Source: a virus. From it: a stretch of 43,347 nt of DNA. Both the position numbers and the translations under genes were made by a program. Location of the stretch: the IMG/VR virus record IMGVR_UViG_3300022231_000013, positions 1 through 43,347 of that record. One strand, written 5' to 3'. The notes beneath the pieces are model-generated. The model worked only from the letters and a program-made list of their open reading frames with translations, was not told the origin of the DNA and searched no databases. Positions 1-6,666 of the stretch are shown one piece after another (within the stretch, counting starts at the first letter, position 1; every line of letters begins with the position of its first letter).

Positions 1-44
1 ATGGACACCGGCCTGATCTGGTACGCAATTTACGGAGTGGCGGG
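1..44. repeat. terminal direct repeat, left copy
   Basis: nt 1-44 (ATGGACACCGGCCTGATCTGGTACGCAATTTACGGAGTGGCGGG) are identical to nt 43304-43347. Confidence 0.95.
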
Positions 45-84
45 TTTCACCGCCCTCCTTCTCATCGTTTACAAGGACCTATAA
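1..84 (+). CDS. tiny single-pass membrane peptide (27 aa, MDTGLIWYAIYGVAGFTALLLIVYKDL)
   Basis: In the right repeat copy its ATG overlaps the TGA of the 42288-43304 gene (TGATG). Its TAA at 82-84 lies 1 nt before the ATG at 86. Hydrophobic core; below the ORF-track size cutoff. Confidence 0.35.
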   Translation: MDTGLIWYAIYGVAGFTALLLIVYKDL

Positions 85-85
85 C

Positions 86-484
86 ATGGCCAAGTCTGAA
101 TTTGACGCCCGCGTCATCGCCCGCAACACCCGCACGAACAAGATCATCGACGACGTGAAGCGACAGTCCCCGACGACTGTCGACAGGCATATGGTCGACC
201 GGGTGCTGCGTTCTTATATGCACATTCTCAACGAATGCGAAATCCACGACGTTGACCCGGAGCAAATCTACGATGCCACGACGTCGGTTCTGGCGTCGGC
301 CTACTGCGAAGTGCTGGTTCGCACCATCCCCAAGGGCAACACGTCGATGCTGCACGGTACTGTTCAAACCGTCCTCGACGAGTTCCGGGACGCCTTTTTG
401 AAGGCGGTGGCTGTCAATTTCGATGTACAGTTCGAAACCGACGCGCCGCCCGCGCCCACACAGGCGGGGCCGCTGGCCCACTAG
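86..484 (+). CDS. hypothetical early protein (132 aa)
   Basis: ORF track; ATG immediately follows the preceding stop; no recognisable motif. Confidence 0.6.
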   Translation: MAKSEFDARVIARNTRTNKIIDDVKRQSPTTVDRHMVDRVLRSYMHILNECEIHDVDPEQIYDATTSVLASAYCEVLVRTIPKGNTSMLHGTVQTVLDEFRDAFLKAVAVNFDVQFETDAPPAPTQAGPLAH

Positions 485-602
485 CGCCGCCACGGCGTAC
501 GTACGCCGTACACGCAGCACATGGGGCAGGCACTACAGGCCCACCAGCGCCTACACCCGCACGGCGTACAGTGGTCTGAACCGAAGTGCGTTTCAAGCTG
601 AC

Positions 603-631
603 TTGACTACGCCGCCCCGGCGTGGTATACT
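603..631 (+). promoter_or_regulatory. sigma70-type promoter for the primase-helicase gene
   Basis: TTGACT (603-608), 17-nt spacer ending GTGG, TATACT (626-631). Confidence 0.6.
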
Positions 632-651
632 ACCAGATGTCCCCGTGAAAT

Positions 652-687
652 CCCTGCAGGATCAAGACCGGCCAGTCTCCTGCAGGG
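652..687 (+). promoter_or_regulatory. 5' leader hairpin of the primase-helicase mRNA
   Basis: Perfect 10-bp stem CCCTGCAGGA (652-661) / TCCTGCAGGG (678-687) with a 16-nt loop, between the predicted TSS and the ATG at 716. Confidence 0.45.
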
Positions 688-715
688 TATTCGGGGCCTA
701 ACAACGGGGTTCCAA

Positions 716-3244
716 ATGTTTTCTATCGACGGCGGGTACAATATCCGCGAGGGCGACGATCGCATCATTTCGCAGCAGCGGGCGATCACAAAGGCAGTCA
801 ACGAAGGTTTCATTCAAGTAGGTGCCGTCTTCTTAAAACAAAGCGGCAAGATTCCCATCGACGGGGATTGGCACGGTCGAAATTTCCGCGACACCAATCT
901 GCAGGACTGGATAGACGACCCGGACTTCCGGTTCCACAACACCGGCTTCAATCTACAATTCGGCTGGACGGACGTCGACATCGATGTCGACGACCCCGAA
1001 TACAACGCCTGCCTCATTGCGGCGTTGGATCACTTAGGCGTAGATACGCGGTTCCGTTTCGGGCGCATGTCTGTGGGGTTCCCCACCCACGTATTGGTAC
1101 AGCTTGGTGAAGACGAGGCGTCTAATTTCGATGCCCTCACCAAGTTCGAACCCAAAGAATTTCGCATCAAAGGCAAACGGTTTAAGACGCAGATCAGGTC
1201 GTATTCTACGAACACCACTGCGTCCAATGTGGCTAAGACGGCCAAGCAAACGGTCATGCCGGGTTCCATCTACTCACACAAGAAGGAACACGGAGCTTAC
1301 GACATTTCGGCGTGGTACACTCAAGGCGGCGTTGTCGCCGAAAAAGTGAGCCAGATTGCGGCCACGACACCACGACGCGCGTCGTTTAACCAGATCGTCC
1401 GCGCCATCACATTCGCCACATTCCTATATGTCGTGAAAGATAGATGGGTGGAGGGGGAACGGCAGGCAATTGCAGCGAAAGTAGGAGGGTGGCTTGCACG
1501 CGTCGTAAAAGACAGCCGCGCCATGAACAACCATGAAGCTATCGCACAGGACGTATTTTGTCCCATCGACGATGATTCCATTGTTGACTCCCTTATACAC
1601 TTCGTTTGTGGATTTCAAGGAGACGAAGAACCCCATATGCGAGTGCGAGCGTACTATGACGCTGTTGCAAAGCTGGAACGAAATCCCGACGCCAAGATTC
1701 CCGGATGGCCTGCTATGGAGGCTTTGTTCGGAGGGGAGTGTGTTATTGCACTTCGGACCGTGTTCACCCCCGGAAGTGACGTTAGTGTGCTCAATGTTAT
1801 GGCAGAGAGGTACGTCTACGACGAAGCCGACAACCTGTACATCGATCGACGCAGACACTCCATGGATGGAAAGTTTGCGCACGAGTCTGGTGAACTCTAT
1901 ACACGCCACAAGGGAGACATCGTCCGTATTGCGGGCAAGCCACGCGAAGCTTTCAAGGTCTTTGAGTCCTCTGATATGCGAAAGCGTGTTGACCTTCGAT
2001 CACTTTACCCAGACTTATCGCCCGGAGGTATCTTCCGCATTAACTTCGCTGATGAAGTTCTACCAGACGACGTCGAAGACAGCGGGATGGTGATATTCAA
2101 CACGTGGCGCGGCTGGCCCATCGGCCCGACACAGGAAGTCAACGAAAAACTGATGCTGGAATGCGTCGAACGTCTGGACCGTCTACTCGGCTACATGACG
2201 CAGGACAACAAAAACCAGATTGAATGGTACAAGGATTGGGTGGCTTGGACATTCCAATTCCCCGGCAAGAAGCAACAAATCGCGCCGGTTTGCGTTGGTG
2301 GGCAGGGCGTCGGCAAATCGTTCTTCGGTAACACTGTGATGAAATCGCTGATGGGGCGGTTGTGGGGTTCCGCTTCGCCGAAAGTGATGGAGACCGGGTT
2401 TTCGGTGGAGCCATTCATCGACAAGATGTTCGTGTTCATCGACGAGGCTAAGTTCCACGGTGACGCAAGCACCGACGAAATTAAAAAGCTCATTCGAAAC
2501 ATCGACGTTGGTGGTGCCGAGAAGTTCCAATCCGCGCGGAATTTCCGGATATTCTCCCGGCTTATGTTCGCGAGTAACCGATACGACATGGGCGTCGGAC
2601 AATCTGGGGTGGTGGATCGAGCGTTGTTCTATACCAAAGCCTACGACCACGAGTTCCTCGGCATCACCGAAATAAAATTCCGTGAGTGGACCGAAACCCT
2701 GAAACCGTGGTTTGCGGAATACGCAGCGTTCCTTGAGCGCCGCGACGTGCGTGAACACTACATAAAGTACTTTATGGACCGCCCTGTGAACCAGCAGACG
2801 GTGGAAAGTATCAGGTACTCCAGCGCCAACGATGCGTCCATCGTCGCGGCCAACATGTCGTGGCCGCGCAAGATCGCAAAGAGGATCATCGAAGAAGGCA
2901 AGATCATGGATGGCGTGGCTCTGGAGGTTCCGTTCACCGAGCGCGACTTGAACGAGCGCGTCAACGAACTTGTCAAGGAAATGGGCATGCGGACGGTGCA
3001 GGGATCGCGCGTTCTGGCGGAGTTCCAGCAGGCTGGCATCCTTGGCGAAATCCGCAGCGGTTTTAAGCGCGCGTATCGGTTCACCCACAAGATCGGGGAC
3101 ACCACTCGTCTTTTCGGCGAAGCGATCAACGTCGAACTTTCGTCGCAGTTTGAGTTCACCGAAAACGACTACGGACCAAACGAAGCCGAAATAGGCGCGC
3201 GGCTGTCTTGGAAGGGGATCAATCCAGCCAAGGCGCAGTTCTAG
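716..3244 (+). CDS. DNA primase/polymerase-helicase fusion (prim-pol N-domain plus SF3/D5-type P-loop helicase), 842 aa
   Basis: N-terminal acidic motif GFNLQFGWTDVDIDVDD typical of bifunctional prim-pol domains. Walker A VGGQGVGKS and Walker B MFVFIDEA lie in the C-terminal half. The protein ends in ...AKAQF. Confidence 0.85.
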   Translation: MFSIDGGYNIREGDDRIISQQRAITKAVNEGFIQVGAVFLKQSGKIPIDGDWHGRNFRDTNLQDWIDDPDFRFHNTGFNLQFGWTDVDIDVDDPEYNACLIAALDHLGVDTRFRFGRMSVGFPTHVLVQLGEDEASNFDALTKFEPKEFRIKGKRFKTQIRSYSTNTTASNVAKTAKQTVMPGSIYSHKKEHGAYDISAWYTQGGVVAEKVSQIAATTPRRASFNQIVRAITFATFLYVVKDRWVEGERQAIAAKVGGWLARVVKDSRAMNNHEAIAQDVFCPIDDDSIVDSLIHFVCGFQGDEEPHMRVRAYYDAVAKLERNPDAKIPGWPAMEALFGGECVIALRTVFTPGSDVSVLNVMAERYVYDEADNLYIDRRRHSMDGKFAHESGELYTRHKGDIVRIAGKPREAFKVFESSDMRKRVDLRSLYPDLSPGGIFRINFADEVLPDDVEDSGMVIFNTWRGWPIGPTQEVNEKLMLECVERLDRLLGYMTQDNKNQIEWYKDWVAWTFQFPGKKQQIAPVCVGGQGVGKSFFGNTVMKSLMGRLWGSASPKVMETGFSVEPFIDKMFVFIDEAKFHGDASTDEIKKLIRNIDVGGAEKFQSARNFRIFSRLMFASNRYDMGVGQSGVVDRALFYTKAYDHEFLGITEIKFREWTETLKPWFAEYAAFLERRDVREHYIKYFMDRPVNQQTVESIRYSSANDASIVAANMSWPRKIAKRIIEEGKIMDGVALEVPFTERDLNERVNELVKEMGMRTVQGSRVLAEFQQAGILGEIRSGFKRAYRFTHKIGDTTRLFGEAINVELSSQFEFTENDYGPNEAEIGARLSWKGINPAKAQF

Positions 3245-3270
3245 GAATACAGTTAGTGTTCCGGGATAGG

Positions 3271-3299
3271 TTGACAGGCAGCTGTCCGTGTGATATGAT
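3271..3299 (+). promoter_or_regulatory. sigma70-type promoter
   Basis: TTGACA (3271-3276), 17-nt spacer, TATGAT (3294-3299); lies directly after the primase stop. Confidence 0.6.
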
Positions 3300-3348
3300 T
3301 AACGTATTGATGGATCAAAAAGTTGCCGTCAACAACAAGGAGAATGAA

Positions 3349-3876
3349 ATGCGCAAACTCTACGCTCTCGGCCTCTCGGCTGCGATGCTGATGGCGGCAG
3401 CTGAACAGTCCGCCGCTGCCGGTTCCACCGAAGCCCTGGCCACGGAAGCCACCGCCAAGAAGTCGATCGTCCCGGCCAAGTACGCCGGCAAGTACAAGGG
3501 CGCCGGTGACTCGGTTTCCGAGTTCATCAACACGCAGTCGTCCGGCAAGGAAGGCTTCGAGTTCCCGGCCTTCTTCTCTCTCTGCCGCAAGAACGGCATC
3601 GCCGAAGACAAGGTCAAGCACTACGAAGACCAGGTTCTCGTCGAAAAGCGCAACGGTTCGCCGGGTCGCGCTCGCATGACCCTCGGCAACATGCTCCGTT
3701 CGATCGCCCGCAACAAGGGCCAGCTGATCGGCCTCAACGACGAAGCGACGACCTTCGCCGACCTGAAAAAGCCCGCCGTGTCGGGCGCAGCCGCCGCTGC
3801 TCAGGAAACCGCCGAAACCAAGGAAGAAGTCGCCTCCGGCGCGACGGAATCCGCGGCCGACGAAACGACCGAGTAA
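3349..3876 (+). CDS. paralog-family protein 1 (175 aa): signal-peptide-like N-terminus, conserved KYxGKYK...GRARMTLGN domain, acidic Ala/Thr/Glu tail
   Basis: In-frame ATG at 3349 preceded by AAGGAGAA. The longer track ORF from 3208 would overlap the promoter. Codons look very G/C-ending. The gene has its own promoter and terminator. Confidence 0.75.
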   Translation: MRKLYALGLSAAMLMAAAEQSAAAGSTEALATEATAKKSIVPAKYAGKYKGAGDSVSEFINTQSSGKEGFEFPAFFSLCRKNGIAEDKVKHYEDQVLVEKRNGSPGRARMTLGNMLRSIARNKGQLIGLNDEATTFADLKKPAVSGAAAAAQETAETKEEVASGATESAADETTE

Positions 3877-3904
3877 TCGAGCGATCTCGGCACGTTCGTC
3901 AAGG

Positions 3905-3934
3905 CCCCTCCGGTTGCGATCGGAGGGGTTTTCT
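3905..3934 (+). terminator. rho-independent terminator
   Basis: Stem CCCCTCCG (3905-3912) / CGGAGGGG (3921-3928), 8-nt loop, followed by TTTTCT. Confidence 0.8.
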
Positions 3935-4200
3935 AACTACCAAGGTGGCCTAGCTCGGGTGAGGCCGCGCGAAAAGACACTGGACGGGTTGCCTCACGCT
4001 CGTCAACTTAAGGTGTCCTGACCATCTTGGTAGTTAGAGCTTGTTCTCCGGGTGGCGACAGCCGCTTCAAAACGAACTTTCTTGTGGTTAGCCGGATAGT
4101 CCACAAGCGAGGGCCAGCCTTGTAGCTCCGGTGGTTCGCGTCCACGATGGTGCTGGCTAAAACGCGAGGGAATAGGAACCGCCCTTTCAAATGGACCCTT
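3933..4200 (+). ncRNA. structured non-coding region / candidate ncRNA or origin
   Basis: No credible ORF. A 16-bp long-range pairing joins CTAACTACCAAGGTGG (3933-3948) to CCATCTTGGTAGTTAG (4022-4037). Internal stems GTGAGGC/GCCTCAC and CTTGTGG/CCACAAG. Bounded by two terminators. Confidence 0.25.
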
Positions 4201-4247
4201 CGAACCCCGCGATGAGGCAAGCCGATCGCGGGGTTCGTTGTATTTAC
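4201..4247 (+). terminator. rho-independent terminator-like hairpin
   Basis: Perfect 13-bp stem CGAACCCCGCGAT (4201-4213) / ATCGCGGGGTTCG (4225-4237), 11-nt loop, followed by TTGTATTT. Confidence 0.5.
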
Positions 4248-4254
4248 ATCCTAC

Positions 4255-4283
4255 TTGACACAGCCTCGCCTCCGTGGTATAGT
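4255..4283 (+). promoter_or_regulatory. sigma70-type promoter
   Basis: TTGACA (4255-4260), 17-nt spacer ending GTGG, TATAGT (4278-4283). Confidence 0.65.
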
Positions 4284-4325
4284 GGTGTCACCCTCGATGG
4301 AGGGGATAACGCTACGGAGCAAACA

Positions 4326-4817
4326 ATGCGTCAAGAAACACAGGTAATGCTCGATCAGGTCTGCAAGGGTCTGTCCCGAGTAGCGGGTATGGTCCGAGAG
4401 GACACCCGCGAGACGTTCGCCAGCGACGACCATATCGCCGCGATTCGTCACTACGACGCCACCCGCAAGGCAACGGTGTCGATCAAGGAAGCTCGCGAAG
4501 CTCTCGCGGACATCGAAGACCGGATGTCGAAGGAGCAAGTTCCCGACATCATGCGCCGCCACTCCGTCAAGACGATCACCGTCGAAGACGTCGGTCGCGT
4601 CACGATCAGCCACCGTTTTTCGGCGTCGATGATCGACAAGGAACGCGGCTACGAATGGCTGCGGGCCGAGGGTCACGGTGGGCTTATCACCGAAACCGTC
4701 AACTCCAGTTCTCTTTCGGCGTTTGCCAAGGACATGCTGGAGAACCACGGCGTCGAGCTTCCCGACGACATCTTCAAGGTCGGGACGCAAGCCTACACTT
4801 CCATCACCAAGAAGTAG
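4326..4817 (+). CDS. hypothetical replication-module protein (163 aa)
   Basis: In-frame ATG at 4326 lies downstream of the promoter; the track ORF start at 4191 would precede that promoter. First gene of a coupled chain running 4326-6204. Confidence 0.7.
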   Translation: MRQETQVMLDQVCKGLSRVAGMVREDTRETFASDDHIAAIRHYDATRKATVSIKEAREALADIEDRMSKEQVPDIMRRHSVKTITVEDVGRVTISHRFSASMIDKERGYEWLRAEGHGGLITETVNSSSLSAFAKDMLENHGVELPDDIFKVGTQAYTSITKK

Positions 4818-4827
4818 GGGAACCACC

Positions 4828-5133
4828 ATGAAAGCTATTGCATTCGCAATTGCTGCAGCGTTGACGCTCGCGTCGTGCACTTCGACGGAGAGCCGCACCC
4901 AAGCCGCCAAGGCGTTTGACAAGGTCTGCCTTGCCGAGCCGCCGCTCTATACGTCGTTCATGCTGCTCGCCGAGGCCAAGGGGGCGTCGGCGAAAACACT
5001 GGCACGCGCCAATGCGTTCCATATGACCATCACCAACATCTGCAAGGACCCGCCGACGGATGTCGTATCGGCCCTCGTCACGTTGACGGCGGTCTACGCT
5101 CAGTTTTCGGCGCTGCAGAAGCAGCTGAAATGA
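4828..5133 (+). CDS. predicted lipoprotein (101 aa)
   Basis: MKAIAFAIAAALTLASC is a signal peptide plus lipobox (LASC). ATG at 4828 follows GGGGAACCACC. Confidence 0.7.
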   Translation: MKAIAFAIAAALTLASCTSTESRTQAAKAFDKVCLAEPPLYTSFMLLAEAKGASAKTLARANAFHMTITNICKDPPTDVVSALVTLTAVYAQFSALQKQLK

Positions 5134-5362
5134 GCGACGATTGGGACGTATTCCGGGAAATCCGCGCCGAAAAGCAGGCCAAGCGTAACGCAAGGCTTGA
5201 AAGCGCGGACACAACAGGGTGGCCCCGATTTCGGCGCATCATTTCTATCGCGAAGTGGACGGGCATCGCCTCGAATGGTGGCCGTCTTCGAACAAATGGC
5301 TCTACAAGGGCAAATATTATCGGGGCGGTCTGCCCAAAGCAATCAAGGATAAGATACAATGA
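5130..5362 (+). CDS. small conserved phage protein interrupted by an apparent -1 frameshift at CCCC 5223-5226; join(5130..5225,5225..5362), 77 aa
   Basis: ATGA overlap with the upstream gene at 5130. The -1 frame from about 5222 reads APISAHHFYREVDGHRLEWWPSSNKWLYKGKYYRGGLPKAIKDKIQ. It ends in a TGA overlapping the next ATG (caATGAc, 5359-5362). Confidence 0.5.
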
Positions 5363-6204
5363 CTGAACTTGCAAAAACCAACGAAAACACACTGCCCGCT
5401 CACCTGCAGGGTGGCAAGAAGGCCAGCTTCGGCAATGTCGACGCGTCCGACCTGATCATTCCCCGCATCAAGCTGTTGCAGTCCGTCTCCGAAGAAGTGA
5501 CGGCCTACGACAAAGCAAAGGTTGGCCAGTTCTGGCACACCCTCGCCGAACAGCCGCTCGGGGACAAGCTCCGCTTCGTACCGCTGATCCTCCAGAAGTC
5601 GCTCGTTCTGTGGGCACCGCGCGGCGACGACCGGGGTATCCTCGCCCGGTCCAGCGACTGCGTGAACTGGGACGAGGGCTTCGCAAACCTCAAGTTCGAG
5701 GTTAAGATCAAGGGTCAGCCCAAGCCGATCGAATACGACACCAAGCGCAACGTCGCCGAAAGCGGCCTCGCTGAGTTCGGTTCGATGATCCCCGGCGACG
5801 AAAAATCCCGCCCCGCCGCATCGCTGACGTATCGCATGATGTTCCTGTTCCCGGACTACCTGGACCTTTCCCCGGCGATCATCATCAATACGCGTTCGTC
5901 CATCAAACCGGCCAAGCAGCTGATCAGCAAGATCGAAATGCGCGACGTCGACCATTACTACCAGATGTACGAAATGACGACGACGGACGAGAAGGGCGAC
6001 GAGGGTCCGTACAAGGGCTACGCCTATCGTGCGGCTGGCTTCGTTGAAGACCCGGAACTCGCCGCCAAGTCCAAGGCAATGTACGACAAGTTCAAGGCAC
6101 TCGACTGGCGCACGAACGACGAAGACGCCAGCGACAACGGCGAAGGGGGCGGCAGGGGGCGGTCCAACGTCACCGACGAACAGGTCGCCAACGCGAACTT
6201 CTAA
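5359..6204 (+). CDS. putative ssDNA-binding/annealing protein (281 aa) with a Gly/acidic C-terminal tail ending in Phe
   Basis: Sits between replication genes. Tail reads ...NDEDASDNGEGGGRGRSNVTDEQVANANF. The fold assignment is not verified. Confidence 0.4.
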   Translation: MTELAKTNENTLPAHLQGGKKASFGNVDASDLIIPRIKLLQSVSEEVTAYDKAKVGQFWHTLAEQPLGDKLRFVPLILQKSLVLWAPRGDDRGILARSSDCVNWDEGFANLKFEVKIKGQPKPIEYDTKRNVAESGLAEFGSMIPGDEKSRPAASLTYRMMFLFPDYLDLSPAIIINTRSSIKPAKQLISKIEMRDVDHYYQMYEMTTTDEKGDEGPYKGYAYRAAGFVEDPELAAKSKAMYDKFKALDWRTNDEDASDNGEGGGRGRSNVTDEQVANANF

Positions 6205-6213
6205 GCCAACCCA

Positions 6214-6237
6214 GACCCCCGGTTTTTGCCGGGGGTC
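6214..6237 (+). terminator. GC-rich hairpin, weak terminator candidate
   Basis: GACCCCCGG (6214-6222) / CCGGGGGTC (6229-6237) with loop TTTTTG and no downstream T-tract. Confidence 0.3.
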
Positions 6238-6267
6238 ATCACCTAGGCGCAACAGGGAACCACCGCA

Positions 6268-6489
6268 ATGGGTATCTTTTCAAAGGACAAAGAACGTCCT
6301 TTCAACCTAGCTACCGCGACCACGGAAGAAAAACTCGACCGTCTGGACGTGTTGATGCGCGAAACTAACGACATTTGGGCTTCGCTGCCGCGCAACTACC
6401 GGTTCTGGATCGAATGGGACGCTCAACCACGTCGTCTCATTATGACGGACCACGTCACGATCGAGAAACACGCTATTCTGCCGAGGTAA
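6268..6489 (+). CDS. hypothetical protein (73 aa)
   Basis: ORF track; same-strand operon context. Confidence 0.55.
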   Translation: MGIFSKDKERPFNLATATTEEKLDRLDVLMRETNDIWASLPRNYRFWIEWDAQPRRLIMTDHVTIEKHAILPR

Positions 6490-6492
6490 GTC

Positions 6493-6666
6493 ATGGAAAA
6501 CGACGAAGAAATTCGGAAAGTGCTGCTGTATCGGGATAACGCTCGGTTCAACCTGAGACGCACTCTCAAGCGAATTGAATGGGCACAAGAGGCTAAGACG
6601 AGCTACATGCTTGAAATTCAGGCTCTGCAACGAGAACTCTATGGATTGGGATACACCGGCTCATGA
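6493..6666 (+). CDS. hypothetical coiled-coil protein (57 aa, MENDEEIRKVLLYRDNARFNLRRTLKRIEWAQEAKTSYMLEIQALQRELYGLGYTGS)
   Basis: Read by hand because it is below the track cutoff. ATG lies 3 nt after the previous stop. Its TGA overlaps the polymerase ATG (tcATGAtt, 6663-6666). Confidence 0.55.
   Translation: MENDEEIRKVLLYRDNARFNLRRTLKRIEWAQEAKTSYMLEIQALQRELYGLGYTGS

Noticed and set aside
3208-3348. N-terminal extensions of track ORFs (3208, 4191, 23316, 26310, 16751, 38567 starts)
   Set aside because: The extensions overlap promoters or upstream genes and lack an RBS. Internal ATGs with an RBS or stop-start coupling were preferred.
3349-3430. Confident call of a Sec signal peptide on the 3349 gene product
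   Set aside because: The hydrophobic Ala-rich stretch could equally be an amphipathic helix, and the paralogs lack it. The question is left open.
4129-4146. tRNA T-arm-like GGTGGTTCGCGTCCACG (a similar GGTTCGCGGGG occurs on the minus strand at about 34347-34337)
   Set aside because: No acceptor stem, D-arm or anticodon arm could be built at tRNA spacing. A58 is not conserved. The second site is simply a terminator stem. No tRNA is called.
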